From Macrostomum lignano (Eukaryota), in assembly GCA_002269645.1 (NCBI GenBank), contig NIVC01003417.1, positions 1 to 25,013 of the forward strand: 25,013 bases of DNA, written 5' to 3'. Positions 11,773 through 21,900 of this stretch are shown piece by piece (position 1 is the stretch's first letter; every line of letters starts with the position of its first letter). Both the position numbers and the translations under genes were made by a program. The notes below the pieces were generated by a model. It saw nothing but the letters and a program-made list of their open reading frames with translations, ran no database searches and was not told the origin of the DNA.

Positions 11773-12870
11773 TAGTTAAGATTAAATTTGGTGCTAATGT
11801 TGCTGTTCTTTACATAAAAATAAGCAGCATTGAAATGTCATAAAATGAAGTGTCATAATGACACTTAATAAAGAATTTAGAAGTCAATAACTTGCTTTCC
11901 TCGCTGGCTTGCAGAGCAATATTTGTATTTGCACGCTGGCATCAGTGAACCCGCAGCAGTGGGGCCAATTTGGGGGCACATCAATAGAGACAAAACAATA
12001 GGCAAAGACGCAGGGTTGATAATGATTCAGCATTCATTCATCCGGTCAAAGTCACCGCCTGTAGCCGATGAGCCAGTCCCGCGGGCTGTGATCTGCAAAA
12101 TCATTTTTGGGAGTATTTTTGTCTTCTTTTCTACTTGAAGTAGAGTAGTGCGGGCAGACGATTTCAAATCTTATGCGACTTGACTTCACTTGTGGCTGCC
12201 CTCCACGGAGTCTCGAATCTAGAAACCGGAGTGGAAACTGCTTTCAAGCTTGCAAGATAATAAATTCATTTTTATGGAACTATGAGTTTCTGGAATAGGA
12301 AACGAAACTAATTAAAATGGGAATTAAAATACTTTAAATTTAACTGCATTGTTTAAGGTGATAGAATCCATTTATTAAATTTCCAATACAGAAAGCAGTT
12401 TGGGACTTCATACCCTTCATTGATAAGAGGCAAGCCAGTGATCACGTGACGCGATAAAATGGGCCGAGTGGGAGCAGCGAAGGTTTGACACTTTTTTCCA
12501 GGACAAGAAAAACTTTATTAACCTTCTCAGAATTAAATTTGCAAGGAAGCCAGACGGAGCGTTACAAGTTACCGACTAGACTGTTTAAATATACAATTGC
12601 AGATTTACTTCGTCCTTGAAGTAATTGTTTTAATGCGTCAAATGTAACTCTTAATTTTCAAACCGTAATACTACGAATTCACATGCGCATCAACGACACT
12701 ATTCATTTCGCTCATTTTCTGATTTTTAATAATTAACTATATCCATACCTTTGTAATTTTGCTGATAGAAATCTTGAAACCATTCGGGCTAACCTTGCCG
12801 AAAAATACTGAATGGCCCCCTTGTTTGGTTCAGTCTTTTATGATGTAAAATTTCGGTCTTGTGAAAGCAA

Positions 12871-13114
12871 CCCCTCCAGTCTGCCCCACCCCTCCCAGTC
12901 TGCCCCACCCCTCCCAGTCTACCCCACCCCTCCCGTCTGCCCCACCCCTCTCAGTCTGCCCCACCCCTCTCAGTCTGCCCCACCCCTCCCAGTCTGCCCC
13001 ACCCCTCCCAGTATGCCCCACCCCTCCCAGTCTGCCCCACTCCTCCCAGTCTGCCCCACCCCTCCCATTCTGCCCCAACCCCCCAGTCTGCCCCACCCCT
13101 CCCAGTCTGCCCCA
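12871..13114. repeat. 20-bp C-rich minisatellite CCCCTCCCAGTCTGCCCCAC, about 12 copies
   Basis: Directly visible. Confidence 0.96.
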
Positions 13115-13185
13115 ATCTGCTAGTTTTCCAAAACGTGCCCACATAGATCACGCCACCTCGCAAATCAGCCTGCCGTACGTTTGCA

Positions 13186-13425
13186 AAACACTAACCGTAG
13201 CCATTAAACACTAACCCGAGCCATTAAACACTAACCCGAGCCATTAAACACTAACCGTAGCCATTAAACACTAACTGTAGCCATTAAACACTAACCTAAC
13301 CATTAACACCACCCAGGCCATTAAACACTAACCCTAGCCACTAAACACTAACCCTACCCATTAAACACTAACCCTAGCCATTAAACACTAACCCTAACCA
13401 TTAAACACTAACCCTAGCCCTTAAA
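13186..13425. repeat. 20-bp minisatellite CCATTAAACACTAACC(C/G)TAG with telomere-like TAACCCTA core, about 12 copies
   Basis: Directly visible; contains CTAACCCTAACC at about 13388-13399. Confidence 0.95.
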
Positions 13426-13645
13426 AAATCGCTCTAACTCTATGTCTGCCAAGCGCAAAACCCACCCTTTAATCATAGCTGAGAACTGAGACTTGACCAT
13501 AATCATATCGGAGTTTTCACTGCTAGCCCAGAATGGTCATTAGCCTTCGCTTAATGAGTCCGCAAACACTTTGAATTCTCGGAGGTGTTTTCTGAGGCAT
13601 TGGCTTGAGCAGAAAGAAGAGACCTTGCTTTTGGCTCGCGATGCT

Positions 13646-13733
13646 CTTATCAGGGGGGGGGGAGCAACACGTCGAAGAAACGTTGGGCTTACTCAGAAAA
13701 GCAGACAGATAAGAGCGAAAAGTCAGAGATAAG
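13646..13733. promoter_or_regulatory. Cluster of three WGATAAG (GATA-type) sites upstream of GST
   Basis: TGATAAG (minus, 13646-13652) and AGATAAG (13707-13713, 13727-13733) within 90 bp, about 120-200 nt upstream of the ATG. Confidence 0.35.
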
Positions 13734-13849
13734 GCCCAGGTACAAATACCTGGAGACCAGCGCAGCCGCTCTCTCACTGCCAACTCTCCTTCAGCCCCAA
13801 CCTTTACTCATCCAGCTCATCCCCAGCTAACAGAAAGCAACTCGCAGCG

Positions 13850-14464
13850 ATGGCCCAATGCAAGCCGAAGGTCTGCTACTTCAATGCCCGCGGTCGGGCA
13901 GAGCTGATCCGCCTCGCCCTGACGGCCGGCGGCGTCGAGTTCGATGACGTCCGGTTCACCCGCGAGGAGTGGCCGGAGAAGAAGAAGATCGCGCCGACCG
14001 GGGTGGCGCCCTGGGTGGAGACGCCCAATGGGAAGCTGGTGCAGAGCGGCGCCATTGCGCGCTTCATCGCCAAGAAGCACGGCCTGTACGGCGAGGGCGA
14101 CTGGGAGTTCTACCTGGTGGAGCGGGCGCTCGCACAGATCGACGACGTCGCCACCGAGCTGATGAAGATGTACTTCGCCCCGGAGGACAAGAAGTCCGAG
14201 CTGGTCAAGCAGTTCCAGACCGAGAAGGGGCCCAAGCTGATCGAAGGCCTGCTGAAGTTCATCGAGGACGGCGGCAGCGGCTTCTTCGCCGGCAAGTCGG
14301 TGACCTTGGCTGACCTCGCCAGCGTGAACATGGTGGACCAGCTGGCTCTCGTGCCGGAGCTGCTGGCCAAGTTCCCGCAGCTCGAGGCCCACAAGAAGCG
14401 CGTACTGGAGGCCAAGCCGAAGGTGGCCGAGTGGATCAAGAACCGGCCGCAGACCCCCGTCTGA
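13850..14464 (+). CDS. GST: Glutathione S-transferase, sigma-class / 28-kDa flatworm-like, intronless, 204 aa
   Basis: N-terminal thioredoxin-fold motif YFNARGRAELIR (catalytic Tyr type), cis-Pro loop (GVAPW), QSGAIARFIAKKHGLYG, N-capping box (VTLAD) and C-terminal RPQTP. Strong GC3 codon bias. The YLVERALAQIDDV and NRPQTPV segments recall the schistosome 28-kDa GST (from memory, not a search). Confidence 0.96.
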   Translation: MAQCKPKVCYFNARGRAELIRLALTAGGVEFDDVRFTREEWPEKKKIAPTGVAPWVETPNGKLVQSGAIARFIAKKHGLYGEGDWEFYLVERALAQIDDVATELMKMYFAPEDKKSELVKQFQTEKGPKLIEGLLKFIEDGGSGFFAGKSVTLADLASVNMVDQLALVPELLAKFPQLEAHKKRVLEAKPKVAEWIKNRPQTPV

Positions 14465-14532
14465 GCAGCGGCTTCCAAGTCTCTGACCTTAAATGACCCA
14501 TTGACAGTCAAGCGAAATTACGCTCGTATGCA

Positions 14533-14538
14533 AATAAA
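14533..14538 (+). terminator. Polyadenylation signal of the GST gene
   Basis: AATAAA about 70 nt after the GST stop, followed by AT-rich sequence. Confidence 0.6.
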
Positions 14539-14604
14539 CCTATTTAGAACTCTTTAACCACAGTAGCAACTATTTAATTATGCCGGCAATTATTACAGAG
14601 CGAT

Positions 14605-14626
14605 TTTATTGTTTTTCATATTTATT
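14605..14626 (-). terminator. Two polyadenylation signals (AATAAA) for the secreted-peptide gene
   Basis: TTTATT on the + strand at 14605-14610 and 14621-14626, downstream of the minus-strand ORF. Confidence 0.45.
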
Positions 14627-14714
14627 ACATATACGAGCCATTTCTATTCAGAGTATATAATAAGCAAGTCAATCATGAAATACAACGATGCATAGTAGGG
14701 TGCACTTATAGAAA

Positions 14715-14869
14715 ATGGATTGCTAGTCTAGCCAACCTGGGTGCAGGAATATACAATGGATTGCTAGACTAGCCAGCCTGGGTGCAGGAATATACAATGG
14801 ATTGCTAGACTAGCCAACTTGGGTGCAGGAATATACAATGGATTGCTAGACTAGCCAACATGGGTGCAG
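14715..14869. repeat. 41-bp tandem repeat, about 3.8 copies
   Basis: ATGGATTGCTAG(T/A)CTAGCCA.. starts at 14715, 14756, 14797 and 14838. Confidence 0.96.
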
Positions 14870-14894
14870 CAGCGGAGCGCTTACCATCGTGGAT

Positions 14895-15164
14895 TCACTT
14901 CCTGCGCAGCCGCTCAGCTCTGAACAGCAGGTCGAACAGCCGCTGCGTCTCAGCTTCATCATCGTCGGAGGCTGAGGAGGAGCTCGCGCTGCCGCCTCCC
15001 ATGGTCTCGAGGATGCCGACATCTCGCCACTGCCGACGCTGGCGAGCCTCCAGCAGCGCCGCCCGAACGGACGCCGTCACCGGGCCGGCGTCAGCCAGAG
15101 AAACGGACGCCAGCAGCAGCAGCAGCAGCAGCGGCGGAAGGAGCGACAGCGCTTTCCTGACCAT
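14895..15164 (-). CDS. Small secreted protein / putative neuropeptide prohormone, 89 aa
   Basis: GC-rich ORF with ATG in CCGATGG context. Signal peptide: basic n-region MVRK, poly-Leu core, A-D-A cleavage site. Furin-type RQRR site followed by Gln, and a terminal RRK. Downstream minus-strand AATAAA signals. No family recognised. Confidence 0.7.
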   Translation of the reverse strand: MVRKALSLLPPLLLLLLLASVSLADAGPVTASVRAALLEARQRRQWRDVGILETMGGGSASSSSASDDDEAETQRLFDLLFRAERLRRK

Positions 15165-15382
15165 CGGGTTGCTCGTGTGAGTTCCGCTCTGTTTGTACAG
15201 AAAGTTGCCGTCTGCGCCGCCTCAAGCTGCGCCCCCGCCTGGCTGTGGCTTTATCGGGATCAGCACTTGCTGGGGATCGAGTCATGGGGTTTGCATGGGA
15301 TCGCTTGATTGGCTGAGGAGACTGCGACTTTACAAGCAGCAGCTTGAGCACTGCTGCTTTGCCTGTGCATATCCTGGATGGC

Positions 15383-15388
15383 TTTATA
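15383..15388 (-). promoter_or_regulatory. Candidate TATA box for the secreted-peptide gene
   Basis: TATAAA on the minus strand about 220 nt upstream of the ATG, at the AT-rich to GC-rich transition, with CAGT Inr-like sequence about 35 nt downstream. Motif match only. Confidence 0.3.
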
Positions 15389-15444
15389 ATGTTTTTATTA
15401 AAAAATCAATAATAAAACCTCCCCTAATTGAAATACAACAACCG

Positions 15445-15501
15445 ATCCCTATCTCTATCTCTATCCATATCCCTATCTCTATCCCTATCCCATCCATATC
15501 C
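15445..15501. repeat. Degenerate 6-bp repeat (CTATC[C/T])n
   Basis: Directly visible. Confidence 0.85.
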
Positions 15502-15954
15502 TTATTACTATTCTTCGTCCTAACCCCAGCCTCAGCCCTAGCCCAGCTTCTCCCTAGCAACGGTGGCCTGGGGCCCAAGGCTGACTGAACGCGAGCAGGC
15601 AGCTCTCAAATTCGCATTAACACCGTGCAGTCCCTGGTCTCCAGGCAGGATATGACAGCAAGCATATGCAAAGCCGAGAAAGGCGAGAATTGCAGTATGG
15701 CCGGCCATTTTTTCGGTCTATTCCCCGCGGAGGGCACGCGTAATTCCCTCCTGCTTACCATTGCCATTCGGAACACGAAAGGGTTGCAAAAATTTTAAAG
15801 GCTTCGTTCGCAAAATCAGATTAATATAGTTTGTACCAGAAATGCATTCACAAAGGCGATTCTAACGTAATTATTTTTAGCCAAGCAGTCGCGTTAATCC
15901 CACTAAACGCAAAGCATGCTCTCAGGCAGGGTCTACAGTGGCCGTGACTTTCTA

Positions 15955-18900
15955 CAGCTACAGCGGGACTCTGGCAGCAGATCAGCTACAGCGGGACTCT
16001 GGCAGGAGGGCAGCTACAGCGGGACTCTGGCAGGAGATCAGCTACAGCGGGACTCTGGCAGAAGATCAGCTACAGCGGGACTCTGGCAGCAGATCAGCTA
16101 CAGCGGGACTCTGGCAGGAGGGCAGCTACAGCGGGACTCTGGCAGGAGATCAGCTACAGCGGGACTCTGGCAGCAGATCAGCTACAGCGGGACTCTGGCA
16201 GGAGGGCAGCTACAGCGGGACTCTGGCAGGAGATCAGCTACAGCGGGACTCTGGCAGCAGATCAGCTACAGCGGGACTCTGGCAGGAGGGCAGCTACAGC
16301 GGGACTCTGGCAGGAGATCAGCTACAGCGGGACTCTGGCAGAAGATCAGCTACAGCGGGACTCTGGCAGCAGATCAGCTACAGCGGGACTCTGGCAGGAG
16401 ATCAGCTACAGTGGGACTCTGGCAGGCAGATCAGCTACAGCGGGACTCTGGCAGGAGATCAGCTACAGCGGGACTCTGGCAGGAGATCAGCTACAGCGGG
16501 ACTCTGGCAGGAGATCAGCTACAGCGGGACTCTGGCAGGAGATCAGCTACAGCGGGACTCTGGCAGGAGATCAGCTACAGCGGGACTCTGGCAGGAGATC
16601 AGCTACAGCGGGACTCTGGCGGCAGGATATCAGCTACAGCGGGACTCTGGCAGGTCAGCTACAGCGGGACTCTGGCAGGTCAGCTACAGCGGGACTCTGG
16701 CAGGAGATCAGCTACAGCGGGACTCTGGCAGAAGATCAGCTACAGCGGGACTCTGGCAGCAGATCAGCTACAGTGGGACTCTGGCAGCAGATCAGCTACA
16801 GCGGGACTCTGGCAGGAGATCAGCTACAGCGGGACTCTGGCAGGAGATCAGCTACAGCGGGACTCTGGCAGGAGATCAGCTACAGCGGGACTCTGGCAGG
16901 AGATCAGCTACAGCGGGACTCTGGCAGGATATCAGCTACAGCGGGACTCTGGCAGGTCAGCTACAGCGGGACTCTGGCAGGAGATCAGCTACAGCGGGAC
17001 TCTGGCAGAAGATCAGCTACAGCGGGACTCTGGCAGGAGATCAGCTACAGCGGGACTCTGGCAGAGATCAGCTACAGCGGGACTCTGGCAGGAGATCAGC
17101 TACAGCGGGACTCTGGCAGAAGATCAGCTACAGCGGGACTCTGGCAGAAGATCAGCTACAGCGGGACTCTGGCAGAAGATCAGCTACAGCGGGACTCTGG
17201 CAGGAGATCAGCTACAGCGGGACTCTGGCAGGAGATCAGCTACAGCGGGACTCTGGCAGGATTCAGCTACAGCGGGACTCTGGCGGCAGGATATCAGCTA
17301 CAGCGGGACTCTGGCAGGTCAGCTACAGCGGGACTCTGGCAGGTCAGCTACAGCGGGACTCTGGCAGGAGATCAGCTACAGCGGGACTCTGGCAGGAGAT
17401 CAGCTACAGCGGGACTCTGGCAGGAGATCAGCTACAGCGGGACTCTGGCAGGTCAGCTACAGCGGGACTCTGGCAGGTCAGCTACAGCGGGACTCTGGCA
17501 GGTCAGCTACAGCGGGACTCTGGCAGGTCAGCTACAGCGGGACTCTGGCAGGTCAGCTACAGCGGGACTCTGGCAGAGATCAGCTACAGCGGGACTCTGG
17601 CAGGAGATCAGCTACAGCGGGACTCTGGCAGAGATCAGCTACAGCGGGACTCTGGCAGAGATCAGCTACAGCGGGACTCTGGCAGAGATCAGCTACAGCG
17701 GGACTCTGGCAGGAGATCAGCTACAGCGGGACTCTGGCAGGAGCAGCTACAGCGGACTCTGGCAGGAGCAGCTACAGCGGGACTCTGGCAGAAGATCAGC
17801 TACAGCGGGACTCTGGCAGCAGATCAGCTACAGCGGGACTCTGGCAGGAGATCAGCTACAGTGGGACTCTGGCAGCAGATCAGCTACAGCGGGACTCTGG
17901 CAGAGATCAGCTACAGCGGGACTCTGGCAGGAGATCAGCTACAGCGGGACTCTGGCAGGAGATCAGCTACAGCGGGACTCTGGCAGGAGATCAGCTACAG
18001 CGGGACTCTGGCAGGAGATCAGCTACAGCGGGACTCTGGCAGGAGATCAGCTACAGCGGGACTCTGGCAGGAGATCAGCTACAGCGGGACTCTGGCGGCA
18101 GGATATCAGCTACAGCGGGACTCTGGCAGGTCAGCTACAGCGGGACTCTGGCAGGTCAGCTACAGCGGGACTCTGGCAGGAGATCAGCTACAGCGGGACT
18201 CTGGCAGGAGATCAGCTACAGCGGGACTCTGGCAGGAGATCAGCTACAGCGGGACTCTGGCAGGAGATCAGCTACAGCGGGACTCTGGCAGGAGATCAGC
18301 TACAGCGGGACTCTGGCAGGAGATCAGCTACAGCGGGACTCTGGCAGGAGATCAGCTACAGCGGGACTCTGGCGGCAGGATATCAGCTACAGCGGGACTC
18401 TGGCAGGTCAGCTACAGCGGGACTCTGGCAGGTCAGCTACAGCGGGACTCTGGCAGGAGATCAGCTACAGCGGGACTCTGGCAGGAGATCAGCTACAGCG
18501 GGACTCTGGCAGGAGATCAGCTACAGCGGGACTCTGGCAGGAGATCAGCTACAGCGGGACTCTGGCAGGAGATCAGCTACAGCGGGACTCTGGCAGGAGA
18601 TCAGCTACAGCGGGACTCTGGCAGGATATCAGCTACAGCGGGACTCTGGCAGGATCAGCTACAGCGGGACTCTGGCAGGAGATCAGCTACAGCGGGACTC
18701 TGGCAGAGATCAGCTACAGCGGGACTCTGGCAGGAGATCAGCTACAGCGGGACTCTGGCAGAGATCAGCTACAGCGGGACTCTGGCAGGAGATCAGCTAC
18801 AGCGGGACTCTGGCAGAAGATCAGCTACAGCGGGACTCTGGCAGAAGATCAGCTACAGCGGGACTCTGGCAGGAGATCAGCTACAGCGGGACTCTGGCAG

Positions 18901-21900
18901 GAGATCAGCTACAGCGGGACTCTGGCAGGAGATCAGCTACAGCGGGACTCTGGCAGGAGATCAGCTACAGCGGGACTCTGGCAGGTCAGCTACAGCGGGA
19001 CTCTGGCAGGTCAGCTACAGCGGGACTCTGGCAGGATCAGCTACAGCGGGACTCTGGCAGGAGATCAGCTACAGCGGGACTCTGGCAGGAGATCAGCTAC
19101 AGCGGGACTCTGGCAGGAGATCAGCTACAGCGGGACTCTGGCAGAAGATCAGCTACAGCGGGACTCTGGCAGGAGATCAGCTACAGCGGGACTCTGGCAG
19201 AAGATCAGCTACAGCGGGACTCTGGCAGAGATCAGCTACAGCGGGACTCTGGCAGGAGATCAGCTACAGCGGGACTCTGGCAGGAGATCAGCTACAGCGG
19301 GACTCTGGCAGGAGATCAGCTACAGCGGGACTCTGGCAGGAGATCAGCTACAGCGGGACTCTGGCAGGAGATCAGCTACAGCGGGACTCTGGCAGAGATC
19401 AGCTACAGCGGGACTCTGGCAGGAGATCAGCTACAGCGGGACTCTGGCAGGAGATCAGCTACAGCGGGACTCTGGCAGGAGATCAGCTACAGCGGGACTC
19501 TGGCAGGAGATCAGCTACAGCGGGACTCTGGCAGGAGATCAGCTACAGCGGGACTCTGGCAGGAGATCAGCTACAGCGGGACTCTGGCAGGAGATCAGCT
19601 ACAGCGGGACTCTGGCGGCAGGATATCAGCTACAGCGGGACTCTGGCGGCAGGATATCAGCTACAGCGGGACTCTGGCGGCAGGATATCAGCTACAGCGG
19701 GACTCTGGCAGGATATCAGCTACAGCGGGACTCTGGCAGGTCAGCTACAGCGGGACTCTGGCAGGTCAGCTACAGCGGGACTCTGGCAGGTCAGCTACAG
19801 CGGGACTCTGGCAGAAGATCAGCTACAGCGGGACTCTGGCAGGAGATCAGCTACAGCGGGACTCTGGCAGGAGATCAGCTACAGCGGGACTCTGGCAGAG
19901 ATCAGCTACAGCGGGACTCTGGCAGAGATCAGCTACAGCGGGACTCTGGCAGGAGATCAGCTACAGCGGGACTCTGGCAGGAGATCAGCTACAGCGGGAC
20001 TCTGGCAGGAGATCAGCTACAGCGGGACTCTGGCAGGAGATCAGCTACAGCGGGACTCTGGCAGAGATCAGCTACAGCGGGACTCTGGCAGAGATCAGCT
20101 ACAGCGGGACTCTGGCAGGAGATCAGCTACAGCGGGACTCTGGCAGAGATCAGCTACAGCGGGACTCTGGCAGAGATCAGCTACAGCGGGACTCTGGCAG
20201 GAGATCAGCTACAGCGGGACTCTGGCAGGAGATCAGCTACAGCGGGACTCTGGCAGGAGATCAGCTACAGCGGGACTCTGGCAGGAGATCAGCTACAGCG
20301 GGACTCTGGCAGGAGATCAGCTACAGCGGGACTCTGGCAGGAGATCAGCTACAGCGGGACTCTGGCGGCAGGATATCAGCTACAGCGGGACTCTGGCAGG
20401 TCAGCTACAGCGGGACTCTGGCAGGAGATCAGCTACAGCGGGACTCTGGCAGGAGATCAGCTACAGCGGGACTCTGGCAGGAGATCAGCTACAGCGGGAC
20501 TCTGGCAGGAGATCAGCTACAGCGGGACTCTGGCAGGAGATCAGCTACAGCGGGACTCTGGCAGGAGATCAGCTACAGCGGGACTCTGGCAGGAGATCAG
20601 CTACAGCGGGACTCTGGCAGGAGATCAGCTACAGCGGGACTCTGGCAGGATCAGCTACAGCGGGACTCTGGCAGGATCAGCTACAGCGGGACTCTGGCAG
20701 AGATCAGCTACAGCGGGACTCTGGCAGGAGATCAGCTACAGCGGGACTCTGGCAGGAGATCAGCTACAGCGGGACTCTGGCAGGAGATCAGCTACAGCGG
20801 GACTCTGGCAGGAGATCAGCTACAGCGGGACTCTGGCAGAGATCAGCTACAGCGGGACTCTGGCAGAGATCAGCTACAGCGGGACTCTGGCAGGAGATCA
20901 GCTACAGCGGGACTCTGGCAGAGATCAGCTACAGCGGGACTCTGGCAGAGATCAGCTACAGCGGGACTCTGGCAGAGATCAGCTACAGCGGGACTCTGGC
21001 AGAGATCAGCTACAGCGGGACTCTGGCAGGAGATCAGCTACAGCGGGACTCTGGCAGGAGATCAGCTACAGCGGGACTCTGGCAGGAGATCAGCTACAGC
21101 GGGACTCTGGCAGGAGATCAGCTACAGCGGGACTCTGGCAGGAGATCAGCTACAGCGGGACTCTGGCAGGATCAGCTACAGCGGGACTCTGGCAGGATCA
21201 GCTACAGCGGGACTCTGGCAGAGATCAGCTACAGCGGGACTCTGGCAGGAGATCAGCTACAGCGGGACTCTGGCAGGAGATCAGCTACAGCGGGACTCTG
21301 GCAGAGATCAGCTACAGCGGGACTCTGGCAGAGATCAGCTACAGCGGGACTCTGGCAGGAGATCAGCTACAGCGGGACTCTGGCAGGAGATCAGCTACAG
21401 CGGGACTCTGGCAGGAGATCAGCTACAGCGGGACTCTGGCAGGAGATCAGCTACAGCGGGACTCTGGCAGGAGATCAGCTACAGCGGGACTCTGGCAGAG
21501 ATCAGCTACAGCGGGACTCTGGCAGGAGATCAGCTACAGCGGGACTCTGGCAGGAGATCAGCTACAGCGGGACTCTGGCAGGAGATCAGCTACAGCGGGA
21601 CTCTGGCAGGAGATCAGCTACAGCGGGACTCTGGCAGGAGATCAGCTACAGCGGGACTCTGGCAGGATATCAGCTACAGCGGGACTCTGGCGGCAGGATA
21701 TCAGCTACAGCGGGACTCTGGCAGGAGATCAGCTACAGCGGGACTCTGGCAGGAGATCAGCTACAGCGGGACTCTGGCAGGTCAGCTACAGCGGGACTCT
21801 GGCAGGTCAGCTACAGCGGGACTCTGGCAGGTCAGCTACAGCGGGACTCTGGCAGTCAGCTACAGCGGGACTCTGGCAGAAGATCAGCTACAGCGGGACT

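Noticed and set aside
12812-13214. Pro-rich and Gly-rich ORFs
   Set aside because: Translations of the 20-bp C-rich array; the unit length is not a multiple of 3.
13817-14511. Antisense and alternative-frame ORFs over the GST
   Set aside because: Shadow ORFs caused by high GC3.
14990-15025. GILETMG resembling orexin-B C-terminal GILTM-G
   Set aside because: Needs an insertion, lacks the amidation plus dibasic site after Gly, and the rest of the precursor has no orexin or allatotropin features.
15697-15708. 12-bp palindrome ATGGCCGGCCAT with a YY1-like GCCATTTT
   Set aside because: Short enough to occur by chance, with no mapped transcription start to tie it to.
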